56,866 nt of DNA, from assembly GCA_013115145.1 (NCBI GenBank), contig JAAPAO010000183.1, positions 1-56,866 on the forward strand. The letters are read 5' to 3'. Under the pieces are notes generated by a model that saw only the letters and a program-made list of their open reading frames with translations, was not told the origin of the DNA and made no database searches. The first letter of the stretch is position 1; each line of letters starts with the position of its first letter. The stretch comes from Perkinsus chesapeaki ATCC PRA-425. Its lineage: Eukaryota > Protista > Perkinsozoa. Below, piece by piece: positions 1 to 10,566 of the stretch. The translations under genes and the position numbers were made by a program.

Positions 1-1
1 A

Positions 2-532
2 CTACTTCGTATAAAGCCTTTGGGATTGTGTTACCAGAGTCGCCCATCGTCTACCGATAGTATCAATCGACGTCTCGATCACGACTCCGCCCACAAGATC
101 GCGACGAACGCAATAGCTGATGAGCACCCTCCCCATGAAGTGTACAATGAACTTGAGGGCCTCTTGGCGTTGTTCCAAAGGAAGTGACTCGTCGACGACT
201 CTTCTCGAATAGTTCTTCAATCCACCAGCAACGCATACGTCGTTCTTACAGTCTCTAGCGTAGTTGAAGTGACAGTCGGGCGTGTCGGCATAATGTAGAG
301 GAGAAGACCACTTCCAGTTGTAACTATCGTGACCGTACTTGACATTATCAGCCCAACTGGAATAGTTGCTCATCGGAACACCTTTACCCATGATATCATC
401 GATAGCATCTTGAGTTTCATCTTTAATACGATCTTGACTGAGTTGTGCTACAACAGCGTGGCCATCACTTCCCCATGCAAGAGCAACGGGAAGAGTTGTG
501 GCAGCGAGGATTGAGAGGATGGAAAATGTCAT
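2..532 (-). CDS. S1/P1 nuclease paralog A; 3' part frameshifted/degenerate and truncated at the window edge
   Basis: Signal peptide followed by mature N-terminus WGSDGH, then WAD, LHY and KFIVHF motifs. After HFMG the AHQ motif continues only in a shifted frame and decays. Likely start is the ATG at 532 (the ORF track starts at GTG 547). Confidence 0.85.
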   Translation of the reverse strand: MTFSILSILAATTLPVALAWGSDGHAVVAQLSQDRIKDETQDAIDDIMGKGVPMSNYSSWADNVKYGHDSYNWKWSSPLHYADTPDCHFNYARDCKNDVCVAGGLKNYSRRVVDESLPLEQRQEALKFIVHFMGRVLISYCVRRDLVGGVVIETSIDTIGRRWATLVTQSQRLYTK

Positions 533-1135
533 TGAGCAAGAGCCCACTGGAAAAACAATCTATGAACAAGTCTGACAGCCAGAACCATTCTACGTGGTTA
601 GAATATACACTTAGCCCGCAGAAATCTTTGAGCTGAGTATCTTTCTAGCGTTGAAAATCTTAGGTGATATCCGCTAAGGGAATCTTCAGCTTCTAAATTT
701 AGCTTGCACTTATGAAGGAAAGATTGACAAGTCGCTCACTTTCTTCCATGGAATCATGAGCGATCACTGGACACGCCCATGATATCTATCAAGGGAGCTT
801 AGTGCGTGATTTAATGGGCGCTATTTGGCCAACTTAGGATGTGATGAGCCCTATGATGGGGCCCCCATCACACAAGCTTAAAGAAAGAAGATAGTGATAA
901 TTCATTAACTGACACTAACCGTCGGAATTGCGTTTGATGAGACTGACTGATTAACCGGGCACTCAAAGCTTACAATACAACCAAGAAACCTTACTATTAC
1001 AGTAATGAAAACATAAACAACACCTTGAGAGTAGTTTAGAGTATAGGTGTAAAAGGCAAGTAATAGCAACGCGTTATCCGCGACGGATTCTCACAATAAT
1101 AGGATACACGTTAATGAGATAGGCTTACAATTATC

Positions 1136-2191
1136 TTAACAAGAGCAAGGTACATCACTGCCATAGCAGACAGGAACAGTCTGCCAGTACTTGCAATAGG
1201 AGCCAGGATAAGTTAGCTCACACTTTCTATCAGCCTCACTACAGTCTACAGGAGCGGCGGTAGTGGTGGAAGTAGTATCCTCAGGGAAGGCGTTATTCAT
1301 CACCCAAGCGAAGCGAACGGCAGCCTTAGCGAGCTGCTCCTTAACAGCTTCGAAGCGCTCCTCATAGTACTCCATGGGCAACACATCGCCATCGAGAACT
1401 TCGCTGCCATTAGCATGTTTGTACGCATCAGTACAAGCGGTAACAGCGGTTTCAGACGCCATAGTGACAACACATTCATCGAGACCGTTCTTCTCACAGT
1501 CTTCGAGCCACTCGGGGATTTTGTCGTAGAAGGCTCCACCCTCTCCGAGCTCCTTCTCGAGATCGGCTTCGGTGATGCTCCAGAACATATCTCGCTCGGC
1601 TACAGGCGTGTCGTAGTTGAAGTCCTGCTGGATGTACTCATCACCATAATCAGATCCCTCAAACTCATCGATGAGCTTCTCGTCCCAAACCTTGTGCAAT
1701 GTTGCACTCTTATCATCAGCAAACTCGTAGTCAACGTAGATAGCGTTTCCACCGGCGTCAGAGTAGCGGCCCACATGGAGAGGTTGATGAACATCACCCA
1801 TAAAATGGGTAAGGAACTTCAGGGCAACTTGACGTTGCTCAAGTGGTAAGCTCTCATCGACGACTTGACGAGTGTAGTTCTTAATAGCACCAACAACACA
1901 GTAGTCATCCTTACAGTCGTGAGCATAGATGAACTCGCAGTTGTCAGCATCAGCATAATGAAGGCCAGAGGACCACTTCCACTGTTTCTTGTCAGGCCCA
2001 TGAAGGACACTGTCTGCCCATGTCGAGTAGTCGGCAAGCCTAGTGCCCTCGCCCATAATATCGGCCACAGCCTTATTAGCATTGTCATTGAAGTACTTCG
2101 CGGCGGTATCAGCTATAGTAGCATGACCGTCGGGGCCCCAAGCGAAAACAGCAGGGATGGCGAGGACGACGAGACTTGCACGGTTGAACAT
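1136..2191 (-). CDS. S1/P1 nuclease paralog B, secreted, with Thr/Pro linker and C-terminal 6-Cys module
   Basis: Intronless 351-aa ORF. Signal peptide, WGPDGH, WAD, LHY, HFMGDVHQPLH, LHKVWD: all nine Zn ligands of the P1 family are present. Confidence 0.96.
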   Translation of the reverse strand: MFNRASLVVLAIPAVFAWGPDGHATIADTAAKYFNDNANKAVADIMGEGTRLADYSTWADSVLHGPDKKQWKWSSGLHYADADNCEFIYAHDCKDDYCVVGAIKNYTRQVVDESLPLEQRQVALKFLTHFMGDVHQPLHVGRYSDAGGNAIYVDYEFADDKSATLHKVWDEKLIDEFEGSDYGDEYIQQDFNYDTPVAERDMFWSITEADLEKELGEGGAFYDKIPEWLEDCEKNGLDECVVTMASETAVTACTDAYKHANGSEVLDGDVLPMEYYEERFEAVKEQLAKAAVRFAWVMNNAFPEDTTSTTTAAPVDCSEADRKCELTYPGSYCKYWQTVPVCYGSDVPCSC

Positions 2192-3359
2192 AATGTGGAG
2201 AAAATAATAAACTGAGGTAAGACGTTAGTAATGTTACGAATAAAGAGAAGATTAGGTATCACGCAAAACTCAGCTCACACATTGGTGTTGTTTGTCACGT
2301 TTGGTATTTTCACGGAGCTTCGTAACTTGCTAGCCAGCAAACAAAGCTCTAGCTTAGCCGAGCCTCCCGTCCCTTGTGGCGAGGGCTCCTCTACCAGCAA
2401 AGCATCCCTCCTAGTTCATGCCAGCTTATCAGCTGCTCAATGAATCGCTTCAGCACTCTCAGCATCTATTTTTTGACAGTGTAGTGCGCCAAACTGACTT
2501 GTAGACGACAAGATAGGGAGACTAGACAACACAAGGCAGCCCGCAAGTGTCGAGGCCGGATGTTGCGGGCCAATTATGGTCGACATAGTGGGGTCGGTTC
2601 CGTCGCTCACATGTGCTGTACAGCTACAGACTTCCATCCCACTGACTGGAATCCGGGATACATCCACTAACATTTTGGTGATCCCCAAACGGCATGGGGT
2701 AATTCAAATTGGCGTTGACGGCCAGGCCTTGTGCATGCGTGCAACCTCACAAGGACAATCGTCGTTAAGGTCCGACCTACGTGCAGTAGTCTATGCTAGC
2801 CAATTTAGCAATACATAAAGTACGTATGCTGCAGTGCTACAACTAACGATTATCTAACTTGATAAGCAATCTATATGTTCAAGCACTGTTGTTCCCTAGA
2901 GTGGATGAGGCTATCTTCACGCTCCCTTTATGGTAGAGAGCGTGGTTTGCAAGGCCTTCCAACAGTAAGGATAGCCTAACTAGTGGACTAGCCTTCTTCG
3001 GCGTTGGACTACTAGTGAGATAAAAATATTTTCATTTATAGTTATAGTGTTGCTTACGTAATTATATACATAAACTCACGCCTTCCAACTATCACGAAAG
3101 TTAGAATAGAAAATAACGGGTCGGGCCACGACCCGTCAAGCTCTTACACTCAAAACACAACCTTACGCAACTTCAAAGAAACTTGAACCGCTTTGGCGGG
3201 ATAGCTCTACATATAGGATACACAGCCAGAGAAAAAGTCACTGGCCTGCGGTATAAAGTACCGTGGACAATTACATTGCAAGAAGAATCTAAAAAGTAGC
3301 GAATATTTACACGATCTTCTAGCAACTACCCAAAAACAAAGAATACCCATAAAGGGGCC

Positions 3360-4415
3360 TTAACAAGAGCAAGGTACGTTACTGCCATAGCAGACAGGTA
3401 CAGTCTGCCAGTACTTGCAATAGGAGCCAGGATAAGTTAGCTCACACTTCTTATCAGCCGCACCACACTCAACGGGCGAGGGAGAAGTCGTAACAGTAGT
3501 ATCCTCAGGAAAGGCATTATTCATCACCCAAGCGAAGCGAACGGCACCCTTAGCAAGCTGCTCCTTCACAACCTCGACACGATTATTATAGTAATCCATA
3601 GGGAGAACATCACCATTGAGAATCTCTTCACCATCGAGATGTCTGTAAGCATCGGAGCATGCAACAGCGCCAGTCTCCGAAACCATATTGTTGACGCACT
3701 CGTCGAGACCATTGGCTTCACAATCGGCGAGCCACTCGGGGACCTTATCGTGGAAAGCACCACCCTCCTTGAGTTCGTCAAGAATATCAGACTCGGTGAT
3801 GCCCCAGAATATATCTCTGTCGGCCAAAGGAGTGCTATAGTTGAAGTCCTGTTGAACGTAGTCGTCACCAAACTGGCTACCTTCCAACTGATCGATCATC
3901 TTCTCGTCCCAGGCCTTGTGGAGAGCACCATGCTCGAAGTTAGCGAACTTCATATCAACATGAATAGTGTTGCCACCGTAATCAGAACGTCTGCCGACAT
4001 GAAGAGGCTGATGAATGTCACCCATAAAGTGCATGAGGAACTTCAGTGCCACTTGCCTCTGCTCAAGGGGAAGGGTGACATCGGACACTTGACGAGTATA
4101 GTTCTTAATGGCACCAGCAACACAGTAATCGTCCTTGCAGTCTCGGGAGTAGACAAACTGGCAGTTGTCAACGTCGGCGTAATGAAGCCCCGAGGACCAG
4201 GCCCACTCGTCGTGATCGGGACCATGAAGAACGGTATCAGGCCAGCTGGCTGAGTCGGCCATCCTGACACCTTCACCCATAATCTCGGCTACGGCCTTCT
4301 TGGCATTGTCGTTGAAGAACTTGTTACCTGTGTCGGCTACGGTAGCATGACCATCAGGTCCCCATGCGACAATGGCAGGAATGGTTATAGAAGCGAGCAA
4401 GGCCTTGGTGAACAT
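3360..4415 (-). CDS. S1/P1 nuclease paralog C, secreted, with C-terminal 6-Cys module
   Basis: WGPDGH, WPD, LHY, HFMGDIHQPLH, LHKAWD. Probable start is Met58 of the listed ORF (MFTKALL..., ATG at 4415), matching the other signal peptides. Confidence 0.95.
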   Translation of the reverse strand: MFTKALLASITIPAIVAWGPDGHATVADTGNKFFNDNAKKAVAEIMGEGVRMADSASWPDTVLHGPDHDEWAWSSGLHYADVDNCQFVYSRDCKDDYCVAGAIKNYTRQVSDVTLPLEQRQVALKFLMHFMGDIHQPLHVGRRSDYGGNTIHVDMKFANFEHGALHKAWDEKMIDQLEGSQFGDDYVQQDFNYSTPLADRDIFWGITESDILDELKEGGAFHDKVPEWLADCEANGLDECVNNMVSETGAVACSDAYRHLDGEEILNGDVLPMDYYNNRVEVVKEQLAKGAVRFAWVMNNAFPEDTTVTTSPSPVECGAADKKCELTYPGSYCKYWQTVPVCYGSNVPCSC

Positions 4416-5456
4416 AATGAACAAATTACAAGTTGTGGTTGTGTAAGCAAAGTGCTTGGCCTTTAGCTGCCTGCTAGCGTCGAGGCGTAGCTTATAGCGG
4501 CTAAGATTCCCTGGGCCTGCGTCGGTAGACAGCCGGTAAACGGGCGGCTTGGATGAAAGTGACGCTTGCAAGCTCTCTGAATACATTACAGAGAATCATA
4601 TTTGTAGATATTGATGTGCACTAGTTCTAGCAGACCATCGAGGCTTCAACAATAGGTTCCACTGGAGACAACTATTGTGTCCAGGGGCGCAGTAGTTCCC
4701 ATTCGGCCCTTGTACCGGGGTCGACAGAAAAAACAAATAGATACGTAGGCGGTGGTTCTCCGATAATGGGGATCACCGCATATAAGGACGTTGAAGTTGG
4801 CATCCCCACCGTTCCTCGAGCTTCTGGAGGTCCAACGTAGCGTGAGCGTATCGGGGACAGGTCGTTGTGTTGACTCCGCGCGTGGCATCCGGGCTATTGA
4901 TAGCGGTCGGCGAAACCACGCCGCACTATAGTACGCAACACTTGAGGGGCATTGTTATAGTTTCTAGAGTAGCAACTGTAACCAGCTATCATTCTTAGCA
5001 CATACATAAGTACATCGCCACCTTAGTGGGCCATCAGACAACACAGACCAAAGTGTGGAGCTGCTTCACTGAAGCACCATCGCCCACGGGCCACTAGCGT
5101 AATATTTCTGGATCAACTTTACGACTAAGTATGTCCCTTTCAGAGCACTCGCACTGATTATTTCACCCCGCGCTGTGCTATACAGGCTACGATTCACGTT
5201 CGACAACAGGAAGCCATCAATCTTACAGTAGCCGCTTAGTAACACAAGTCTCCTGAAAGATTGGCAAAAACTATGTTACGCTTGAAAGGAACAGAGAAAA
5301 CGCAAAGATTATGTACAACGCCTGTACTACAGGCTACAACATAAAGTTAGTCGCGCACAATACGTCCGCATGCTCGAAGAGCACTGTGAAAAATGAGCTA
5401 TACAAAGGCACCAACAGGCGCGGCAAAAGTCACTAAAAACAAACCGAGATCGGCGT

Positions 5457-6533
5457 CTAGCACGAGCAAGGCGTACTAGTTCCAAAACAGGTAGGCTCAT
5501 CTAACCAGTACTTGCAGTAGGACCCGGGAACCTCCATGGCACATGCCTTATCAGTCTCTGTGCAATCGAAAGGGAGCAGAGTGGTAGTTGCCGTAGTAGG
5601 AGCAGCAGTAGTGGAAGAGCTTGAAGGCAAAATAGTATTAAGCAACCAAGCAAGACGAACACCCCCCTTGGCGATCTGCTCCTCGACAGTGGCAATCCGA
5701 GTGTCGTAGTACTCACGGGGCAGCACCGAGCCTTCGACCACTGGAGTCCCGTCAACATTGGTATAGGCCAACGTGCATGATAGCTGAGCGTCGAGATCGA
5801 CCATGTCATTGAGGCACTGGTCAAAGTCATGCTCACAGTCAGATAACCAAGATTCCACCTGGACAGCATACTCGCCGCCCTTCTGAAGCTTCTTGCCAAT
5901 ACTCTCTACGATAGAACTCCAGAAGCGAGTCCTGTCTCGCTGTGGGACATCCTCGCGCTGCATGATATAGTCGCCGGCGTAGCGGTCCATCTCCCACTGG
6001 TCAAGGAGGCTGAAATCCCATACGAAGTGAAGATTGGTAGTGACAAAGTTGGCGAACTCGATCTTCACGTTCGTGTAGATACCCGTTGAGTCCGATAAGT
6101 TTCCACCGTGCAGCGGCTGGTGGATATCAGCCATAAGGTGGACCACGAACTTCATAGCAGTCTGCCTCTCAGACAAAGGCAGCGACTCGTCAACAACTCG
6201 TTGAGTGTAGTTCTTGAGACCGCCAGCCACGCACAAGTCATCCTTGCAATCGCGGGAGTACACGAAGTGGCAGTCTTGAGTATCAGCATGATGAAGAGCT
6301 CCAGACCATCCCCACACTGAGGTGACATCTTCAGGGCCCTCGAAAGCAGCATAGTCGGGCCAACTGGCATAGTCAGCGAGCCTTACGCCCTCGCCCATAA
6401 TAGCATCATGAGCCTTCCGAGCCTCGGGAGTCAAACGGAACCCAGCAATGGTTGCCACTGCACCATGACCATCAAGGCCCCACGCGGCTGCGAGAGGGAG
6501 GGCGGAGGCGAGGATAGCAATAGAAGAGACCAT
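5457..6533 (-). CDS. S1/P1 nuclease paralog D (most divergent), secreted, with long Ser/Thr linker and 6-Cys module
   Basis: WGLDGH, WPD, LHH, HLMADIHQPLH, LHFVWD; tail ...PGSYCKYWLDEPTCFGTSTPCSC. Confidence 0.95.
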   Translation of the reverse strand: MVSSIAILASALPLAAAWGLDGHGAVATIAGFRLTPEARKAHDAIMGEGVRLADYASWPDYAAFEGPEDVTSVWGWSGALHHADTQDCHFVYSRDCKDDLCVAGGLKNYTQRVVDESLPLSERQTAMKFVVHLMADIHQPLHGGNLSDSTGIYTNVKIEFANFVTTNLHFVWDFSLLDQWEMDRYAGDYIMQREDVPQRDRTRFWSSIVESIGKKLQKGGEYAVQVESWLSDCEHDFDQCLNDMVDLDAQLSCTLAYTNVDGTPVVEGSVLPREYYDTRIATVEEQIAKGGVRLAWLLNTILPSSSSTTAAPTTATTTLLPFDCTETDKACAMEVPGSYCKYWLDEPTCFGTSTPCSC

Positions 6534-7303
6534 AACGGTAGAGATATAAAGTGGATAGCGGTTTTAGTTCACGCGCGCCAGAACGCTAGCCCTACCAAGC
6601 TGTGGATACTTAGCTACGCTTAGGCTGACTGAGGCTGTCCCGCACATCTTGCAACTCGGACTTTCTTGATTACGATCCACTAACATTTGAACAATTGCTT
6701 TGACGAGCTTTCGACGACACAGCGAATTGTACACAAGCTTTTATATACACCAGAGACCTCCTCAGCCTACAACAAGGCGAACACCGTCCCCCCCGGACGA
6801 CTTTTATTCTTCATTAAATACTCATCAAAACCCCGGACGCTTTGATAAAAAGCCCAGTAGGATCTGCAATGGGGCTGAGAGCTTCTATCTACTACTCTAC
6901 AAAAGGCTCTAAAGTGTCTTCATAGTTATACACAATACTCATTAACATCTCTAAAGAATCTCAAGTTCGGTGTAGTACTCGCATTCAAGGTAATGTTACG
7001 ATGTTCTTTGAACTAAATACGCTTCATAATACCCGTGATCAATGTATTGGTTGCAAGAATAAACCAGCAACTGACTAACACAGAGCAACAAGATGCACAT
7101 AGTAAACAAGTCTCCAGCTACAGTGTGAGCTGTTGCTAGCATTATAGTGATAGCGTTGGTAAAACCTACCGGTTAGACCGGTCTATCCATACTGTGTACT
7201 ATAGACCATAGAAAAAGTTAAAATTTTAGAATACACGTTCGGATTACTAGAAATACAGTAGTAATACATAAAGCAAAAAATGGCAGAAACAGCCTTCACG
7301 TTA

Positions 7304-8317
7304 TTAACAAGAGCAAGGTACATCACTGCCATAGCAGACAGGAACAGTCTGCCAGTACTTGCAATAGGAGCCAGGATAAGTTAGCTCACACTTCTTATCA
7401 GCCTCACTACAGTCAATTGGAGCAGGACTGGTAGTGGCCTCTTGATCGGCGAACAAATAGTCCAACAGCCAAGTAAGGCGAACGCCACCTTTTGCTAACT
7501 GTTCCTTGGTAGGCTCGATACGACTTTCATAATATTCCATTGGCAAGACATCATTATCTCTCACAGCAGATCCATTAACATGCTTATAGCTATAATCACA
7601 GGCAGCTTTGGCAGTCTCATCAACCCACTTATCAATACACGCATCAAGTCCATACTTTTCACAGTCCTCGATCCATTCTTCAACGTCACTGGCGTATCTT
7701 CCACCTTTACCAAGCTCGTCGCTCACAGCCTCCTCAGTAATAGCCCAGTAAGGCTCACCGTCAACATGCTCACCACGACCTTGAAATTCATATAGTAGCT
7801 TAGAGTCCCAAGTGGAATGGAGATTAGTACGGTCATAACGACCAAACTCGAGGTCGACGTCGATCTTGTTTCCTCCGAGGTCCTCAGGCTTCCCAGCGTG
7901 TAGCGGCTGATGTGCATCACCAACAAAGTGGACAATGAACTTAAGAGCCTGCTGGCGCTGTTCTAGAGGCAACGACTCGTCAACGACCCTCCTCGAATAG
8001 TTCTTCAACGCACCGGCAACACAAACGTCGTCAGGACAGTCACGAGCATACTCGAACTTGCAGTTAGGCGGATTAACATAATGTAGGGCAGAAGACCACT
8101 TCCAGTTGTAATCATCAGGACCGTACTTGACATCATCAGCCCAACTGGAATAGTTGCTCATCGGAACACCTTTACCCATGATATCATCGATAGCGTCTTG
8201 AGTTTCAACTTTAATACGATCTTGACTGAGCTGTGCTACAACAGCGTGGCCATCACTTCCCCATGCAAGAGCAACGGGAAGGGCTGCGGCAGCGAAAGAT
8301 ACGAGGCGTAGGCTCAT
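7304..8317 (-). CDS. S1/P1 nuclease paralog E, secreted, with 6-Cys module
   Basis: WGSDGH, WADDVK, LHY, HFVGDAHQPLH, LHSTWD; tail nearly identical to that of paralog B. Confidence 0.96.
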   Translation of the reverse strand: MSLRLVSFAAAALPVALAWGSDGHAVVAQLSQDRIKVETQDAIDDIMGKGVPMSNYSSWADDVKYGPDDYNWKWSSALHYVNPPNCKFEYARDCPDDVCVAGALKNYSRRVVDESLPLEQRQQALKFIVHFVGDAHQPLHAGKPEDLGGNKIDVDLEFGRYDRTNLHSTWDSKLLYEFQGRGEHVDGEPYWAITEEAVSDELGKGGRYASDVEEWIEDCEKYGLDACIDKWVDETAKAACDYSYKHVNGSAVRDNDVLPMEYYESRIEPTKEQLAKGGVRLTWLLDYLFADQEATTSPAPIDCSEADKKCELTYPGSYCKYWQTVPVCYGSDVPCSC

Positions 8318-8399
8318 GGAGAGGGAAATTGAAACACGAACTGTAGGAGGCAGTAGACGGCCGTTTCTCGATGGCGAAGACCACTCAACGCTCTACCGT

Positions 8400-9300
8400 A
8401 AACCTCGGGATCCGACGCTAGCAAGTTGTCTACGCTCTACGCTAGAGAGCTAGAAGCTAAAACTTCTTCGCGGGTTCGATCCGCGGCAGGGACATTTTTA
8501 CCCCGAAAACTCAAGGCGACCCCAACAGGCAGACTATCAGCGACCGGCTGGGTCTCACCCCTGATTATGTCCATCAGTTGGATATCCGAAGCCTGCAGCC
8601 TTGATACGAGCTCAAGACCAGGCTGCCAGGCTACTTTGGGTGACCTGGGAATCTGACGTGCGACAGCCGGAGTTGCACATCTGCACGAGCTGATGTGGGG
8701 GAGTTCCCACCGGCATCACCAACCGCGATCAGATCTCGGTGATCAGTTTCTGCACATTCCCGATGAAACACAGCATAAGCTGTTTCAACCGTATCTGCCT
8801 CAGAAGGGCAGAGTTCGAAAGAGAAGCGGGAACGGGCGAATCGGACGATAATGTACCGGTTGGTGACCTGGTATTCGCCATCTGACGTGACAATCCACAG
8901 AGTAAATCCCTTGTCCCTCCCGAAACTGAAAGGATTATCTGGTCAGGTTGATCCGGCGAAGCTGATAAAACTTGACGGAGGAAAGAATCCGGGCGCAAAT
9001 ACAGCTGGACGTGATAATACAGGACGTGACGGAAGGCGACGGGCTGCTTCGTCGTCTTCCGTACTACGAAGTGCGTAGTAATTAGACAGATCCAGTTTAT
9101 CAGTGAAAAGAAGCGGCATGTTGGTTACCGAGCGACGCGTGTCAGCAGTGACAAGGTGCAAAGGTAAAGTCTCCCTCTGCACCTTGTCATTGCTGGGGAT
9201 TTCCCTGGGAAGCGACTGGCAGCTGCTGACCCTAACAATATTGCTGCATCAATCATCTGATGGACGCCCGATGTTTGTGGTTTTTGTATCAACCAGAAAC
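8400..9300 (-). other. Possible multi-exon hypothetical gene (or relic) between nucleases F and E
   Basis: The frame of ORF 8943..9182 continues past a single TGA for about 108 more codons (PDNPFSFGRDKGFTLWIVTSDGEYQVTNRY...GHPK). No family recognised. Confidence 0.3.
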
Positions 9301-9663
9301 TAGTCAGTAAGCTGACAACACAACTCAATCATCGACTCTCAATACCATTATGTATGATACCACTAAGGCTAGCTACGACGCGTCCTAGGTGGTACGATGT
9401 AAGCTTGATGTGTTATTGTAAGTAAGCAGTAGGCCTGTCTACTATGGCACTATTCCAAAGACAAAAAAGTGCAGCGGCGGAAAAAGCAAGAAAGCATGCC
9501 AAATGCATATTGATACACCGTGGGAGATACAATGCCGACACAATGGCAGGACGAATAAACTGGAGCATTTTGTGGATCCTTCGGAGCTCGTATTTGAGAT
9601 AGTGAGTTCGAAGAATCCACTCGCGCTCCTCATTAGTCTCACCGCAACCGGTGGGATGGAGTT

Positions 9664-10566
9664 CTACGAACTTCGTAGGTTAGGAGTTCTAGGAGCATTT
9701 ATACCAACAAACACGTAGTCCAATAGCCAAGTGAGGCGAACGCCACCTTTTGCCAACTGCTCCTTCACCACTTCGATACGACTTTCATAATATTCCATGG
9801 GAAGATAATCATTATTTCTCACAGCAGACCCATTAACATGCTTATAGCTATAATCACAGGCAGCTTTGGCAGTCTCATCGAGCCAGGTATCGATACACGC
9901 ATCAAGTCCATACTTCTCACAGTCCTCGATCCACGCTTGAACATCACTGGCGTATCTTCCGCCTTCAGCAAGCTCCTCGCTCACAGCCTCCTCAGTGATA
10001 GCCCAATACGGCTCATCAGGAGCGCGACGACCTCGTCCTTGGAGCTCGTAAAGGAGAGCCGAGTCCCAAGTGGAATGGAGGTTAGTCTCCTGATGACGCG
10101 CGAAACCGAGGCTAACGCGGATTGCGTTGCCGCCACGGTCTTCGGGTTTGCCGGCATGTATTGGTTGATGAGCGTCCCCAGCAAAGTGGACGATAAATTT
10201 GAGAGCCTCTTCGCGTTGTTGCAACGGCAAAGACGTATCAACCAATCTCCTCGAATAGTTCTTCAACGCACCGGCAACGCAGAAATCGTCAGGACAATCA
10301 CGGGCATAATTCAGCTTGCAATCGGGTGTGTTAACATAATGAAGTGGGCCTGACCATTTCCACTCATCGTAGCTCCTGATCTCATCAGCCCAGCTGGAAT
10401 AGTCGGTCATCGGAACACCTTTACCCATGATATCATCGATAGCATCTTGAGTTTCATCTTTAATACGATCTTGACTGAGTTGTGCTACAACAGCGTGGCC
10501 ATCACTTCCCCATGCAAGAGCAACGGGAAGAGTTGTGGCAGCGAACGGTACGAGGCGAAGGTACAT
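9664..10566 (-). CDS. S1/P1 nuclease paralog F, secreted, no 6-Cys module
   Basis: WGSDGH, WADEIR, LHY, HFAGDAHQPIH, LHSTWD. Probable start is Met22 of the ORF (MYLRLVP..., 10566). The C-terminus may be spliced (see findings). Confidence 0.94.
   Translation of the reverse strand: MYLRLVPFAATTLPVALAWGSDGHAVVAQLSQDRIKDETQDAIDDIMGKGVPMTDYSSWADEIRSYDEWKWSGPLHYVNTPDCKLNYARDCPDDFCVAGALKNYSRRLVDTSLPLQQREEALKFIVHFAGDAHQPIHAGKPEDRGGNAIRVSLGFARHQETNLHSTWDSALLYELQGRGRRAPDEPYWAITEEAVSEELAEGGRYASDVQAWIEDCEKYGLDACIDTWLDETAKAACDYSYKHVNGSAVRNNDYLPMEYYESRIEVVKEQLAKGGVRLTWLLDYVFVGINAPRTPNLRSS

Noticed and set aside
4416-4586. N-terminal extensions of ORF-track nucleases (also 10567-10629 and 32307-32423)
   Set aside because: They are not conserved among paralogs; the downstream ATGs give uniform 17-19-aa signal peptides ending at the obligatory mature Trp1.
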